Origin: Macrostomum lignano
Taxonomy: Eukaryota
Assembly: GCA_002269645.1 (NCBI GenBank)
Contig: NIVC01000056.1
Location: 248,001 to 312,000 of the forward strand
Length of the DNA: 64,000 nt
Reading direction: 5' to 3'
Shown: piece by piece, positions 50,620 to 62,735 of the stretch
Numbering within the stretch: position 1 is the first letter of the stretch
How the letters are laid out: each line of letters begins with the position of its first letter
Notes under the pieces: model-generated
What the model saw: the letters and a program-made list of their open reading frames with translations, nothing else
Told to the model about the DNA's origin: nothing
The model's database searches: none
Position numbers and translations under genes: made by a program

Positions 50620-51672
50620 GTTAAAACAAAGCAGAAACACCACTGGCAAAAGTCACAGCAGCCTCCGCTGCCTGGTGAAACTGGGGGGAGATTACGCTGC
50701 ACAGCCTCACTTCTCCAGTCACCACTGCGCATGATATCAGACACTGGGAGGCCTAGCACAGACGCCCAGGTAGCTCCTCCTCGTCGCAGACTGTGCGCGG
50801 AGTAAGATCCTGGTCGAACGCCGGCTGCGGAAAAATTGTCACGGAGGAAGCAGTCCAGGTGCCTCCCAGTCAGCAGGCGCAAGCCGCCACTTCCGTCGGC
50901 GTAGGACCAGAGCGGTGACTCTGCTGACTTCAATCCGTTGGCGCGGATGTGCCGCTCGACTGTGTTCACCGGGCACAGGGCTCGCTGCCGCGCCAATATC
51001 GGCAGCAGTACCAGGTGGCTGCTTAAACTGGATGGTCTTGCCGAACTCGCAGCGCAACACCAGACCCTTCGGATGCTGCAGCAGGTCGGCGCGCCGGGAA
51101 AGGGCCGGGCCCTTGCCAGTTCGTGGCAGAAGGCTGGACTTTCGCAGCATTCCCCACCAGCAGCAGATGGTCACAGCCCAGCAGGCCAGCTGCAGCCTGT
51201 CGGTCTCGTCAACTAGTCGTCGCATCTCCGTCAGCATTGTAGGTGACACAGGCCGCTTTCGGTTCACGCGCAGTCCGAGGACCCGTTTAGCGCCGCGTAG
51301 AAGAACCGCTGAAGCGTGCTTAGTCAGGTCCGGCGACGAGTTAATTCGGAACCAGAGCGACAGAGAGCTGTAGACTGCCGAGATGCTGCTGCAGGCATGT
51401 AGCCGTGTGCCGATCAGACTGGCCAAATAGTTCAGCAGGCTCGTGACGTTGCAGGACACTGGATCGCAGCCGGTATGGCGGGAGAACTCCCGCCACTCAC
51501 GGACGTGTCTGTTGACTGCCTGCGCCGACCTCGGTGCGTACGCAGCGCTCAGCAGCGATGTGGCGCGGCTGCTAAGAGAGTCTGACGCAGCTGGGCGGCC
51601 TGAAAATGAAGAAAGGAGGCGGTCGCCAAGCCAAAAGCATGCTGATGCAGTGATTGTAGAATGCTTGGGCAA
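50620..51672 (-). pseudogene. Tyrosine recombinase (YR) of the retrotransposon, frameshifted
   Basis: Split between ORFs 50839..51672 and 50487..50996. Motifs WGMLRKSSLL, YSAHSLRRGGAT and GDWRSEAVQRNL; the nucleophile Tyr position is AAT (Asn). Confidence 0.85.
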
Positions 51673-51744
51673 AGAAAACCATAACAGCGGAGTAAAAAGT
51701 TTAACAGCTGGCCTCGCTCATGCAACCGTGAGGCAGCGTCAGTA

Positions 51745-53200
51745 AAAATTTGAAAATCACCAGGCACATGAAACGCGCGAATGCTCATCCTAAAGCGCAA
51801 ACACATCAGAGCCACCGTCTGCAGCAGCCGCTGCAACGCAGGACACTTTGAAACGCCTTTTTTGATGATGTGACAGGCCGTCTGGTTGTCGCAGTAGATG
51901 CTCACCTTGCAACCTTTGAGCACATCCCTCCACCTCATCACTGCCAGCAGAGGGACCAACGCTTCCTTGTAGTTGATCGGCAGGTTTGCAAAGACTGATC
52001 CTGCATCCTTCTCCCAGTCCAGGTAGCACCAGTCAAACAGACCACCCTGGTCACGCAGCAGCGCCGCACCACCTCTGCCGCACGCATCGGATTCCATCGC
52101 CACAACTCGATTGTAGCTCAGCCACAGCTGCACCCATCGGCACGCCTGCAACGCCACCTTCCACCAGTTCAGCTGACTGCGTAACCCGGAGTCGACCAGC
52201 GTTTGCTGTCCACGCCGTAAGATGTTGCACCGCTCAATCAGCTCAAGCAAGAAGGTCCTTCCGCAACTGATGACCTGCGCTGCCCCACCCCAACTTGCCA
52301 ATGACCTGTTGGAGGGCCCGCTGACTAATCCTCACCTTGGCTGACTCGGCACCAACCAGGTTGATCAGCTTCCTTGCCTTCTCATCCGGCAGCTTTTTGA
52401 TTCCTTCCACAGTGTCGAACTCAATACCAAGGAATGACATCCGCTGCGCCGGCGGCTGACACTTGGCCGGATTGACAGTGAATCCCAGCCGAGTCAGCAA
52501 GTCAATCAGATCGACGTAGAAGCGCTGGCAGTTCTCCTGCGTCCCGCAGTAGGCAAAGTCGTCCAGGTAAGACTCGGTGTTGATGAAACATCTGCGCACC
52601 ATCATCAGATGAATCGCATTGCTCAGGCGTTGAAAGCACGTGACCGAGGGTGCCGCCCCGAACGGCAGGCGAGTATCAAACATGTAGGTGGGAGTGGCGC
52701 AGCCAGGAAACTTGAACTTGAGACCGGTGTTGAGGAAGTCTCCTGGGTGCACTCCACATGCGCGGTATGCTCCACTCAGGTCAACTTTAGTCATGTAGCA
52801 GCCTCTCGTTAACTTCCTTGCGAAGTTTTCAGCGCTTGAAAACCGCAACTTCTCATTGCTCTCCCAGTGCGCGTTCACCGACAGATTGTCCGGCCGACTG
52901 CAATCGTGAATTAGGCGTACCCGACCGTCATCCTTCGGCAGGGCACCCAGCGCACTCACAATCCGAGGCCGCCACCCATCCGAGCACCGACGGTAGCGGT
53001 CAAGGCGAATTTCTCTCAGAATTTGCATTTGAACAGCTTCAGCGTAAACATTCACAGACTCGTAGTTGCTGACCTCGACAACTTCAGGTTTTCTCGCTGC
53101 ACATTCGTAATCCGAAATCCCTCAGACACACCATTCAGAATAAACTGCTTTCTGTCCTGCGGCAGATCAATCGACTCCAGCTCTTATCCAAGCCTCCAGC
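51745..53200 (-). pseudogene. Reverse transcriptase-RNase H (pol) of the retrotransposon, frameshifted
   Basis: LGALPKDDGRVRLIHDCS, KVDLSGAYR, LPFG, YLDD and LGIEFDT in 52243..53055. RNase H ESDAC...INYKEAL...YCDNQ...TDAASR lies in a different frame (51549..52301). Confidence 0.88.
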
Positions 53201-53250
53201 TTTAGGTCAGTTGATAAAACAGAGGAAGTTAAAATAGGATCGACGCGCAG

Positions 53251-54348
53251 TCAGTGCAGAGGCCTGCTCACCTCAGCACCGTCATCCCTGTGCGCCATCG
53301 CCGCTGAGTGGCCAAGTCCACAAAGCCGGCACCGATGAGCGAAACGGCAGTTCCGCCTTGAGCATCCAGATTCCTTGTTGAAATCAAAGCAGGGTGGCTG
53401 CAGGCTTTGTCTTGGCACCCGGTCAACTCTGGCAGTCGGTGCACTCTGTGGGGCCATCAGGTAGGTGGCAACTCGACCAAGGTCGGATCCACGCGACTCC
53501 AATGACGTCTCGCCATCTTCACTCAGTCTGCACTCGTCATCAAACCTCATGACTCGAGCCTTGTCGAACCCGAGGTCAAACAGCTCGCCAATGCGCGCAG
53601 TGTAGCGCAGATAGTCACGCAACTCTGACACATCAGGCTGGCCGCCCAGCCCGCTCTTCACCAACCTGCCATCATCCAGTAACTTCAGCATGATTCGAGC
53701 ATTCGCCGAGATCCAGTCTCCAAACGTCAGCGAGTCAACAACAGCTTCCTTCACTCTGAAGGTGACTCTCCCTGATTTGTCAATGGACTGAGTCACTCCT
53801 GCCTCCTCCTGCTTCCGCTTGTTAATAAACTCAGGGATTCGGTACACCTTGCCTACAAACCGACTGGGCTCTTGCTGGGCAGCATCTTCATCGTCAGACC
53901 ACAGGTTAATGAGCAACTCACCGGGATTCTTTGACGTCGCAGGCCTTCGCTAAAGTTGGCTGACTTCCGCCTGAAGCAGAGCGGCCTCCTTGCGTAGCTT
54001 TAGCAGTCGGAGCTGCTTCTCAGCCTCCACCAGCTCGTCGTCCAGGCCACCAGCCGCGTCAGACTCTTGACCGTGTTGTACCGACTCGTTCGCAATAGAA
54101 GGCAGTTGCCTCTCCGCTGTAGCGCCGTTTCTTCTTTTACGCGTCTTTGCGGCAGCTTCATCTTGCTCCTCGTCCTCGTAGTCCGCATTCTCAAAGTCGG
54201 AGGCGATACCCTCGAGGTGCGCCCTCAGCCGCAATAAAAGTTCACATTTTTTGCCTTGTGTTGAAAGTCCTAGGCTCTGAAGCTTCTCACGTAGCGCCCT
54301 TACAGTGCTAGGCGCTTTGGATGCAACTGGCTCGTTAGGTTTTAGCAT
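53251..54348 (-). pseudogene. gag-like ORF1 with N-terminal SAP-like motif and C-terminal Cys/His finger; one in-frame TAG at 53950-53952
   Basis: ORFs 53950..54369 and 53251..53916 are in the same frame. TVRALREKLQSLGLSTQGKKCELLLRL fits the SAP consensus; CFDFNKESGCSRRNCRFAHRCRLCGLGH is the finger. Confidence 0.75.
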
Positions 54349-55690
54349 GATTGTGCAAAAAAACCTCAAGAAAGAGCTGACGCCCTTTCTATAGCAGCTG
54401 ATGCCAGCTCTGCTGCAGCTCTTTTCGTCTCGAGTTTTCTGTCAAAATCCATTGAATATTGCACTGCTCAGTTGGAAGCTAGATCGATTGCTGGATCTGT
54501 GCAGCGCAACTTGATCCAAGCTTAATAAAACGAGCATCAATCTTTCCAGTTCAGATAAACTGACCTTTGTCTAAGAGGAGTTCTGAAATAAAGTTATAGC
54601 TAGTAAATGCGCAGCGCAGTCTTAAAATCCGTTAAATTTTCATTCTCCAAAATGCCTTCGTAGTTTATATGGCGTATCCAACATGTTCAAGTTTCCAACC
54701 GCTTCCACCAGTGATCGAATTGGGCTGGTAAAGAGAGGCTGGAGAGTCATGGGCAGAGTTGGCCTAAAGCTGCCACTTGTTGCCAAAAAGCTGCCAAATG
54801 AAGACTCATTATGCTACTTACTAAGTAGCATATAGCGTCCTGTTTAAACTATACTAAGGCTACTGTCGCAAAGTCGTTTGTGCTTCAATCGGACATTCAG
54901 GTTAAGTGGCGGAACGGTAAAGCAACTTTTAACTCGTACGTCACAGTTCCCTGGTTCAATTCGTACTTTTGGGCTCGTTGCAGTTTACTAATTGTTGACT
55001 TTGGGAGGGCTTATGCAAATATAGTCTCCACGCTGACTGTCCCTGGAACAGCAGATTCAGTGTGATGTACCCGCGCGCTTTTTGATGTCTATGGCCTTAA
55101 CCCACCCTAGACACAGACTTCGATGCTTTGACTGAGTTGCTGTTACTGACACAAATAAACTTCCCTCGACAAAGCCTGCGGCTTGAGCACAACATTAGCC
55201 TGTAGCTCATGCGTAACTCAGTAATATGGGTGAGCAGACCCTTGCAGACTCAGTGCTACTCTTCTAGATACTTCATTTTTTATGCTAAACATTGCCTTTA
55301 ATGATAGGTTCGAACGCAGCTGAGACCTGAGTGGCATCATTGGCATCCCATGCAAGCTTCCCAACGAGCTCAAATGCACTCGGTAAATAACCGCTGATTG
55401 AGCTCAATTTTCACCATCCCCGACTGCCGCTTCTGCGGACTCCCAAGAGGATTTCCTGACCCGTCTAATTCAGGTCAATTTTTTCTTAAACTCTGCACGA
55501 AAGCAGCTCGGCGGGGACTCAAGTAAGATGCTCAAAATTGTCCCTCGTCTCCAATTCGCCTCATCCACTTGCAGTATCCGCCCCGCCTCGACCCTAGGGT
55601 TGAATGATTTACAGCTTTCGAACAGTCCAGTTAAGTGAAAGCTTAAACCAGACTCTATCGCTGTGTAGCCGAAGGGGGTTGTAGCCGAAG

Positions 55691-55995
55691 TGGGTTGTAA
55701 CCCAGTGGTTAGAGTGTCTGACTCACGACTTGAAGGTCGGGGGTTCGATTCCCGATCCCACTGGAACAATTTTTGTCCTTGAGCAAGACACTTAACTCTG
55801 CATTGCTTCAGTTTACCCAGATGTAAAATGGGCACCAGTATCAGCTGGGGTAATTGAGGCTGTGTGTGGCGACCCTCCAGTCCTTCGACTGAACAGCCGT
55901 ACGCAGCCTTCAGATACGCCGCGCAATAGCTGCGGCTGAGCTGTCGGTTGCACATCTGGCCTAATTGGGGCAGGTGTAATCAGTTATTACTATCA
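55691..55995 (+). mobile_element. tRNA-derived CORE-SINE, near full-length copy
   Basis: A box TAACCCAGTGG and B box GGTTCGATTCC. The CORE-like block GTCCTTGAGCAAGACACTTAACTCTGCATTGCTTCAGTTTACCCAGATGTAAAATGGG resembles the MIR CORE (CCTTGGGCAAGTCACTTAAC...CTCAGTTTCCTCATCTGTAAAATGGG). A second copy is at 25305-25595. Confidence 0.8.
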
Positions 55996-57629
55996 TCATG
56001 CAAGTTAGGACTGAATTCTGATTGCCAAAATTGTAGTTGCAATTATTATCGTTTACTCTGATATTGCTTTTGTCAATCAAGTTGGCTTGCTTGGGATGAC
56101 TTTTAATCAACTTAATTGGCTCCATTGTAATTATACTTTTACCCAGACGCAATAGCAAAATATTTTGGCCATTATTCCACAGTTTGATGTGTACCATAGA
56201 CATTTGGATTGAAAAAATCATCGCACAGTATTTCTGTTAATAAAAACATTACAGCAAGGAGTAAGGAGCAAAAAGGAAAAAATCAACAAAACTAAAGTAC
56301 CAGCTACACGAAAACAGTTCATAATAAATATCACAGGTAGTGCAGTTGATGAGTTTGTAGTCGAAATTTGACAATGTGAAAATCAATTTGTCACCCAAAG
56401 TGAAACATGCAGTTCTCAAAGCCGCCGTTCCCAAAGATGCTCGACACTTTAGCCTGATGATTTGGCACTGCAAAGGAGTTGGTCTATTTTGAATGGTTTC
56501 TATGAAAGAGAAATACAGGTGCTCAAGTTATAGTTGCCGAACTTACCATTTGGAAGATGCACGTCTTGGTTGGCTTGCGACTGATGAGCTTCGTCTGATG
56601 AGCTTCTTTGGTACCGCAGTACGAACTATCCAAGCTGGGATTTTTTGGGACTGTCGGCTGCTCGACTAAATCTATTGGCCACTTTGAGGCATCGCTTATA
56701 GCCGTCGAGGCGTTGAAGACTGTAAATACTTCATGGGTTAGTTATCATGGGTTAGACTTGACTGCTTTTAGCTTGTCACTTCTAAGCAGAAGCAATGCTA
56801 CAGGGGTATTGGAGAGCGCGCAGAAGCCATCAATTATGAGTATTTACAAAAGAATTTATAAATTTTGTAGATTTTGCATTGCCTCCCTAATTGGGTTTTG
56901 AAGGCACATTCAATTTTTCCCGAAAAACTCAAACCTTTACAAGACAGAAACACAGAATTTCCGCTTTGGGAAGCGACTCCTCGCATGTAAAGACCCAGTA
57001 ATTGTGCCTGCGGACGGAATCAGGGCCTGATGCTCTGACGGAAGAGTCCGACCCCTCGTCACTTCTCTACTCAACCCCCCCATCTCTCTGATCGTTTCCT
57101 GAGGTGCATTTAGCTTTTACGAGCTCTACAAACCTTTCACTACTATTTTTACTAATTATACTATTATTACTACTAGCTTTTTGTTCACCTGCCATCAGCA
57201 AAAATTAGATGCTAGCGGCAGATGCGCCTGTCATATCGCTCTATCATTAATCCAAAAAGGAAACCTAAGCTGCTGCGGTGCTGTCAGTCGCGTTGGTTTC
57301 GGTTTCACTTATGATTTAACAGACAATCAAGGTTAGATTGCATGGAATTTAAATTATTTTTAGTACCACTAGATATGCCTGATTACAGGATGACTCTGCA
57401 GGGTTGCAGGTACACGCTGGGCGGGTCGTGATTTCAATGGCGATGACTTTGGCGATTATACTGTCAATTTTTGTGTCTTTAAGTCTCGGGATGCCAAGGC
57501 TCAGTACGGAGTCGCTTAGATGCTAAGAATCAAGTAGGCAGTTAAGGTTAAGGTTAAAGTTTATTTAATTAGGATTAGGACTAGTTAGTATGCATCAAGC
57601 ATAAAGAGAAAGGCTAAAGTTAAATAATC

Positions 57630-57845
<216 letters not shown>

Positions 57846-57955
57846 GGCTGGTTAGCCTGTAGGCAAGGCTGGCTAACGGATTAAACGCCACACTAAACAA
57901 ACAAGAACTCTTGGGAGCCCATCTGCCAGTTGTGTGACCATGCATTTTTTAAAAT

Positions 57956-58430
57956 TGTTGTGCTTCGCTGTCTCTCTCCCTCGCCTCGTTCTCGTTCTGG
58001 TCCTGGCTTGCGCTCTGCACCATTTCTTTTCTCTGCCTGTGCCCCTTACCCGGTGGCGGCGCGTGATTGGCTGGCCAGCGGGGTGGATTGTAGGGGCTGG
58101 CAATCCCCCTACCCCTCCCTCTCCTACGAGAGAGGCTCGTATTTAAAGCGCGCCATTCACCGACCCCCGCGCTTTTCACCACGTCTCTTGCTTTCGGGCG
58201 ACCGTGCGAACAGTTAAATCTACAGCACATCGTAGCCAATGAAGCGCGGGCTGTTGCGCACCAAAGTCTTGTCGGCAATTAGTGCTAGTTCTCTTTCTCT
58301 TCGGGGCGCCGCGCGGGGAACAGCTGTGAACTCTCGCATAGGCGGAACCTGGGCATCTCCCAAGCTTAGGCGGTCCCTATCTTCCAGCTGGCTGCGCAGC
58401 TCCCTGGGCCATCTCGGGAGATACAGCACA
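57956..58430 (+). mobile_element. Possible solo LTR or promoter-like GC-rich block
   Basis: TG...CA ends (TGTTGTGCT...AGCACA), flanks AAAAT/ATAAT (4/5), an inverted CCAAT box and TATTTAAA at ~58140. Confidence 0.35.
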
Positions 58431-58654
58431 ATAATGAAAAGCAAATAAGCTTTCTGAGCAAGGTGCAGACGCAGCGGTATCTGTAGCTTTAACCATTTAG
58501 TAATTAAATTAGCTTAATAGATCTACTCTTGACGATGGCATCATTTCACGCATAGATAATAGCATAGTACAAATCAGTACCTGTCCTTGTTGACACCGTC
58601 CCACAATCAGTGTAGGCACTTCTGCCCATTCGGCTGTACACTGTACACATGTAC

Positions 58655-58726
58655 ACTCTCTGCAGGAATCGAACCAGGGCTCGCGGCGCGAGAGTCAGAC
58701 CGTCTACACCTGTGCTGCTCTCCCCC
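58655..58726 (-). mobile_element. tRNA-Glu(CTC)-like head (SINE head or tRNA pseudogene)
   Basis: The minus strand GACTCTCGCGCCGCGAGCCCTGGTTCGATTCCTG resembles the anticodon-to-T-arm of eukaryotic tRNA-Glu-CTC, with an intact B box. The acceptor and D arms do not fold well. Confidence 0.45.
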
Positions 58727-59399
58727 ATGCTTGATTCTTTATACGCTCGTAGTTTGCTAAATTGTCACGATCGCTAACTCGCAACAACACCTAGCAAAAG
58801 CATTTAAGCATCGGCGCTGAGTGCAACGACAAATTTTTTATAACCGTAGCTGTAACTATCAAAGCTATTTATTAGCCAGCTGTTTACAAGCCGATTGAAA
58901 GAATTATTAGTCCATGGTACGGTCTACAATAAACTCTGTCTACATGCAGTCAACAACCATCTGTGCTGGCAATCAGAAACTCTATATAATTTACGGCACG
59001 CAAAGCCAGCCAAATTTACAGTCTGAAACTGTCTTCTCCTAGAGGAAGTTCCCATCCTTGCGGAGGCCCGCACGCTCCGGTGACCCCCCGCCGCGCCCAA
59101 ATCCTAGTTGAATGCCCAAGAAAACATCTCCTTAGCTGCTGCCGCTGACTCGCCGTCGTCACTGCGTCTGAAATGTTTTCAAGGAACTCGAAGCCCGGCC
59201 CAACTTCCTGAAGTTGAAACCTCTCCATGAGTAGCAATACATGTATGGCTAATTCTTTAAGGAGAAAAACTATGCTTTAAGAAACTGTTCGACTTCTTTT
59301 GAGCACAATATATTTTCCGTATTCAGATCGTCCAGTTTGGTTGAGGTTTAAGGTTTGGACGCTTTTAGGTTTGAAATCTGGACAGGAAACACAGCTCTG

Positions 59400-60692
59400 A
59401 ATATCGGGTTATTATCTTCTACTTTAGGTAAGAATGAACTGTTCTCGTACCGGTAGATGATGGCAAAACTCTGCCACAGGGAAAACCGTGATAATCCCGT
59501 GGGGCCTAGAGAGTACAGAGGCAGCTGACAATGCGAAGGAGAAGAAGCTGCAGCTTTGAACCGGAGGATCGCATTCGCGACCTTCAACTGACAGATCCAA
59601 TCGCTTATCTGTTCGATCTGTTCAAACAGCGCGCTCTGTTCGGTAAGACACTGGAAAACGGGGTTAAGCGACGCCATGTATTCGGAGTTGCACTACCGAC
59701 ACTGCAGAGGCAAAAGTGTTGGTTTCAAAAAGCATCAATTAAGAACTTTATCTTTATCACCATCACTGATTCACTAAGCATCCTTGAGTTCCAGAGGACA
59801 CAGAAGGTCAAACTTAATCGTCCCATTTTTATTGGCATTAGTGCTTTAGTGGCAGATTCACCGAGTCGCTCTTTCTAAGAATCATGAACAATTCAGTCAG
59901 AATTTTCTCGAATGCTGAAGGCAAAGAGGCTCTTTGATACTTCACACTATTCTCCTGAGCATTCGCTATTCTCAAATAAGTTGAAAGCTCGCCTCGGTAG
60001 CATCAAGGATGAGGGAGCTGGGGCTCGCTGTCTCAAGTGATTGCTCTGTTCAGTCTAGCTTTCTTCCGAGAATAAAAATACCAAAAGAATTCAAGGATGT
60101 GTCGTCAAGAAGTAGATTTCACACAGCGACTCACCTGCAAGTTTTCGGTGAGCTGAGCAGCATTTCAGCAATTGTTTTCCACCAGATCGCCAGCTTCTCA
60201 CACAACCCACACAGCCCACACAACCCACACAACCCACACAACCCACACAACCCACACAACCCACACAGCCCACACAACCCACACAACCCACACAACCCAC
60301 ACAACCCACACAACCCACACAACCCACACAACCCACACAACCCACACAACCCACACAACCCACACAACCCACACAACCCACACATCCCACACAACCCACA
60401 CAACCCACACAACCCACACAACCCACACATCCCACACATCCCACACAACCCACACAACCCACACAACCCACACAACCCACACAGCCCACACAACCCACAC
60501 AACCCACACAACCCACACAACCCACGCAACCCACACAACCCACACATCCCACACATCCCACACATCCCACACATCCCACACAACCCACACAACAACCCAA
60601 TCACGCTTCAGCAGCGCAAATGCGTCTTCAGCATTTGGGAGGACAAGCGCGATTGGCACTGGCTTGAAGGATCTTGCATCGAATTCTTTTAG
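59400..60692 (+). pseudogene. Relic of a Polinton/Maverick (adintovirus-like) protein-primed DNA polymerase B, 3' half
   Basis: Collinear motifs across stops and frameshifts: ALFGKTLENGVKRR, KVKLNRPIFIGISAL, FDTSHYSPEHSLFSNKLKARLGSIKDEGAG, VVKK*ISHSD and [14 protein letters not shown]. These match the Polinton polB series FGKTMEN.RKR / LNKPIY.G / FDTSNY..DHPLYS..NKK.LGK.KDE / S..DDKR. Confidence 0.8.
60200..60597. repeat. 9-bp repeat (CCACACAAC)n expanded inside the polB relic
   Basis: Visible unit; being a multiple of 3 it keeps the frame between QIASFSH and ITLQQRK. Confidence 0.95.
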
Positions 60693-61957
60693 GTGTCGAG
60701 TCAAATTCATTCTATATTTTGGGAAAGTTGTGAAATAACGTTTCTCAATACTCAATAATCTGCGTTTATCTTGCAACATCTTTCCTACTCCGTAGCCCAG
60801 TAGGGTAGAGCAGCAGGGTAATTCCGGGGTTGCATCTTCTTGACGAGCGTCCGGGGCGAGACAGGCCGGTAGATCACATGGGCCATGCTGAGAACCAGTT
60901 CTCGTAGATCTGTCTCCAGATGTTACACCTGTCTCCAGTCAGTCTTTGTCTTCTCCGCCTTCTCTTTAATGCTTCTGATGCTGCTGTTCCTCTCTTCACT
61001 CCGACCTTCGGTAGGTTAGCTTTGAATAAATGTGTAATTCATTCTGAAAAATAGGCTTTGAAGTTTTATTAAAACTGTTTGAGAGTCTCTTGCCTTGACT
61101 TGTCACTCTCGAATTTTAGGTCAGACGGTCTCAGTTCTCATACGAGTATACAAATTTGCCGCTCAACTTCCGCCTACCCGGTCCTTTAACAGTATTCGGG
61201 CCATTTCCAGCGTTATTTGAATTCTTACTGACTTTCCCAAAGCCGAAGCCGGGAGTCCTTCAGCTTCTTCTGCTGCAGAAATTCGATAAATTCACTTTAT
61301 CCAACGGCTCCCACTGAATCCCTCACAGAATGCATGCTGAATCAAGGCCATTGTGTTCGAAGATGTGATTGATGTACCCAAAATTTCCAGCTATCAAACA
61401 CTCGAAAGAACGTTAGATTGTCTGGAATAATGTTCCATAGACTGTGAGCCCTGCTGGGCATCAGATGAACTCATTCATGGTTTGAAATATATGCATGGTA
61501 GGGACAGACGATTGCATCTGAGAAGGCTGTAGACAGAACAAACTTTTCACATCACTGTCTCTGCGCTCATCTCAGTGACGATGCCATCTCCCACAGAAAA
61601 CCCTACATCTCACAAAGAGGCAACGAATGTAAAGTAAAGAATTAAGCAGATACCCATCAGCAACTTGGTGGCAGTGAAATTCAATGGGTTTGCAGTAAAT
61701 GGAATTAACTGTATGACGTCAACAAAAGTTGCTTTTTTCAATGCAGGTTTGTAGAGCGGTCCCTGAAATGAATTGGGAACTGCAATACAATTTGCCCAAA
61801 CTGTTTTCTATCCACCAGAATGGGACGAAAAGGCTGTTCTGATCTTGCGAGAGAGACTGCAAGCGCACTTTAAGAGAGCATATCAGAGTTGGAAGCCTTG
61901 TGCGTGCATTTGCATGCTTTTTATGGCATGAAGGATACTTGCAGCCTGCGGCACTCA

Positions 61958-62735
61958 TGAATTCATGAACTCACCCATGAACTCACTCATGAACTCACTC
62001 ATGAACTCACTCATGAACTCATGAACTCACTCATGAACTCACTCATGAACTCACTCATGAACTCACTCATGAACTCACTCATGAACTCACTCATGAACTC
62101 ACTCATGAGCTCACTCATGAACTCACTCATGAACTCACTCATGAACTCACTCATGAACTCACTCATGAGCTCACTCATGAACTCACTCATGAACTCACTC
62201 ATGAACTCACTCATGAACTCACTTATGAACTCACTCATGAACTCATGAACTCACTCATGAGCTCACTCATGAACTCACTGATGAACTCACTCATAAACTC
62301 ACCCATGAACTCACTTATGAACTCATGAACTCACTCATGAACTCACTCATGAACTCACTCATGAACTCACTCATGAACTCACTCATGAACTCATGAACTC
62401 ACTCATGAACTCACTCATGAACTCACTCATGAACTCACTCATGAACTCACTCATGAACTCACTCATGAACTCATGAACTCACTCATGAACTCACTCATGA
62501 ACTCACTCATGAACTCACTCATGAACTCACTCATGAGCTCACTCATGAGCTCACTCATGAGCTCACTCATGAACTCACTCATGAACTCACTCATGAACTC
62601 ACTCATGAACTCACTCATGAACTCACTCATGAACTCACTCATGAACTCACTCATGAACTCACTCATGAACTCACTCATGAACTCACTCATGAACTCACTC
62701 ATGAGCTCACTCATGAGCTCACTCATGAACTCACT
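61958..62735. repeat. 12-bp minisatellite (GAACTCACTCAT)n, same family as IRF2BP intron 1 in the opposite orientation
   Basis: The unit is the reverse complement of ATGAGTGAGTTC. Confidence 0.95.

Larger units (their letters stand above)
50134..54385 (-). mobile_element. Decayed tyrosine-recombinase (DIRS-order) retrotransposon, Ngaro-like
   Basis: The minus strand carries gag-like ORF1, RT/RNase H and an overlapping YR ORF. A ~95-bp direct repeat at the 3' end (50134-50229 and 50486-50580) fits the B1/B2 units of split direct repeats. Frameshifts and a premature stop are present. Confidence 0.85.

Noticed and set aside
55855-55950. HDV-like ribozyme fold in the SINE 3' body (GGCTGT/ACAGCC, CAG-TCCTTCGA-CTG)
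   Set aside because: P2 pairs poorly, and the second SINE copy (25460-25560) does not conserve the P1 or P3 pairings, so a simple hairpin is more likely.
56575-56640. Two CTGATGAG motifs as a hammerhead ribozyme
   Set aside because: There is no GAAA core (only GAAC), no stem II, and stem I is not adjacent to the core.
60800-61950. Further Polinton genes (protease, ATPase, capsid) downstream of the polB relic
   Set aside because: Manual translation of the part I examined (~61320-61700) gave no recognisable motif; a profile search is needed.
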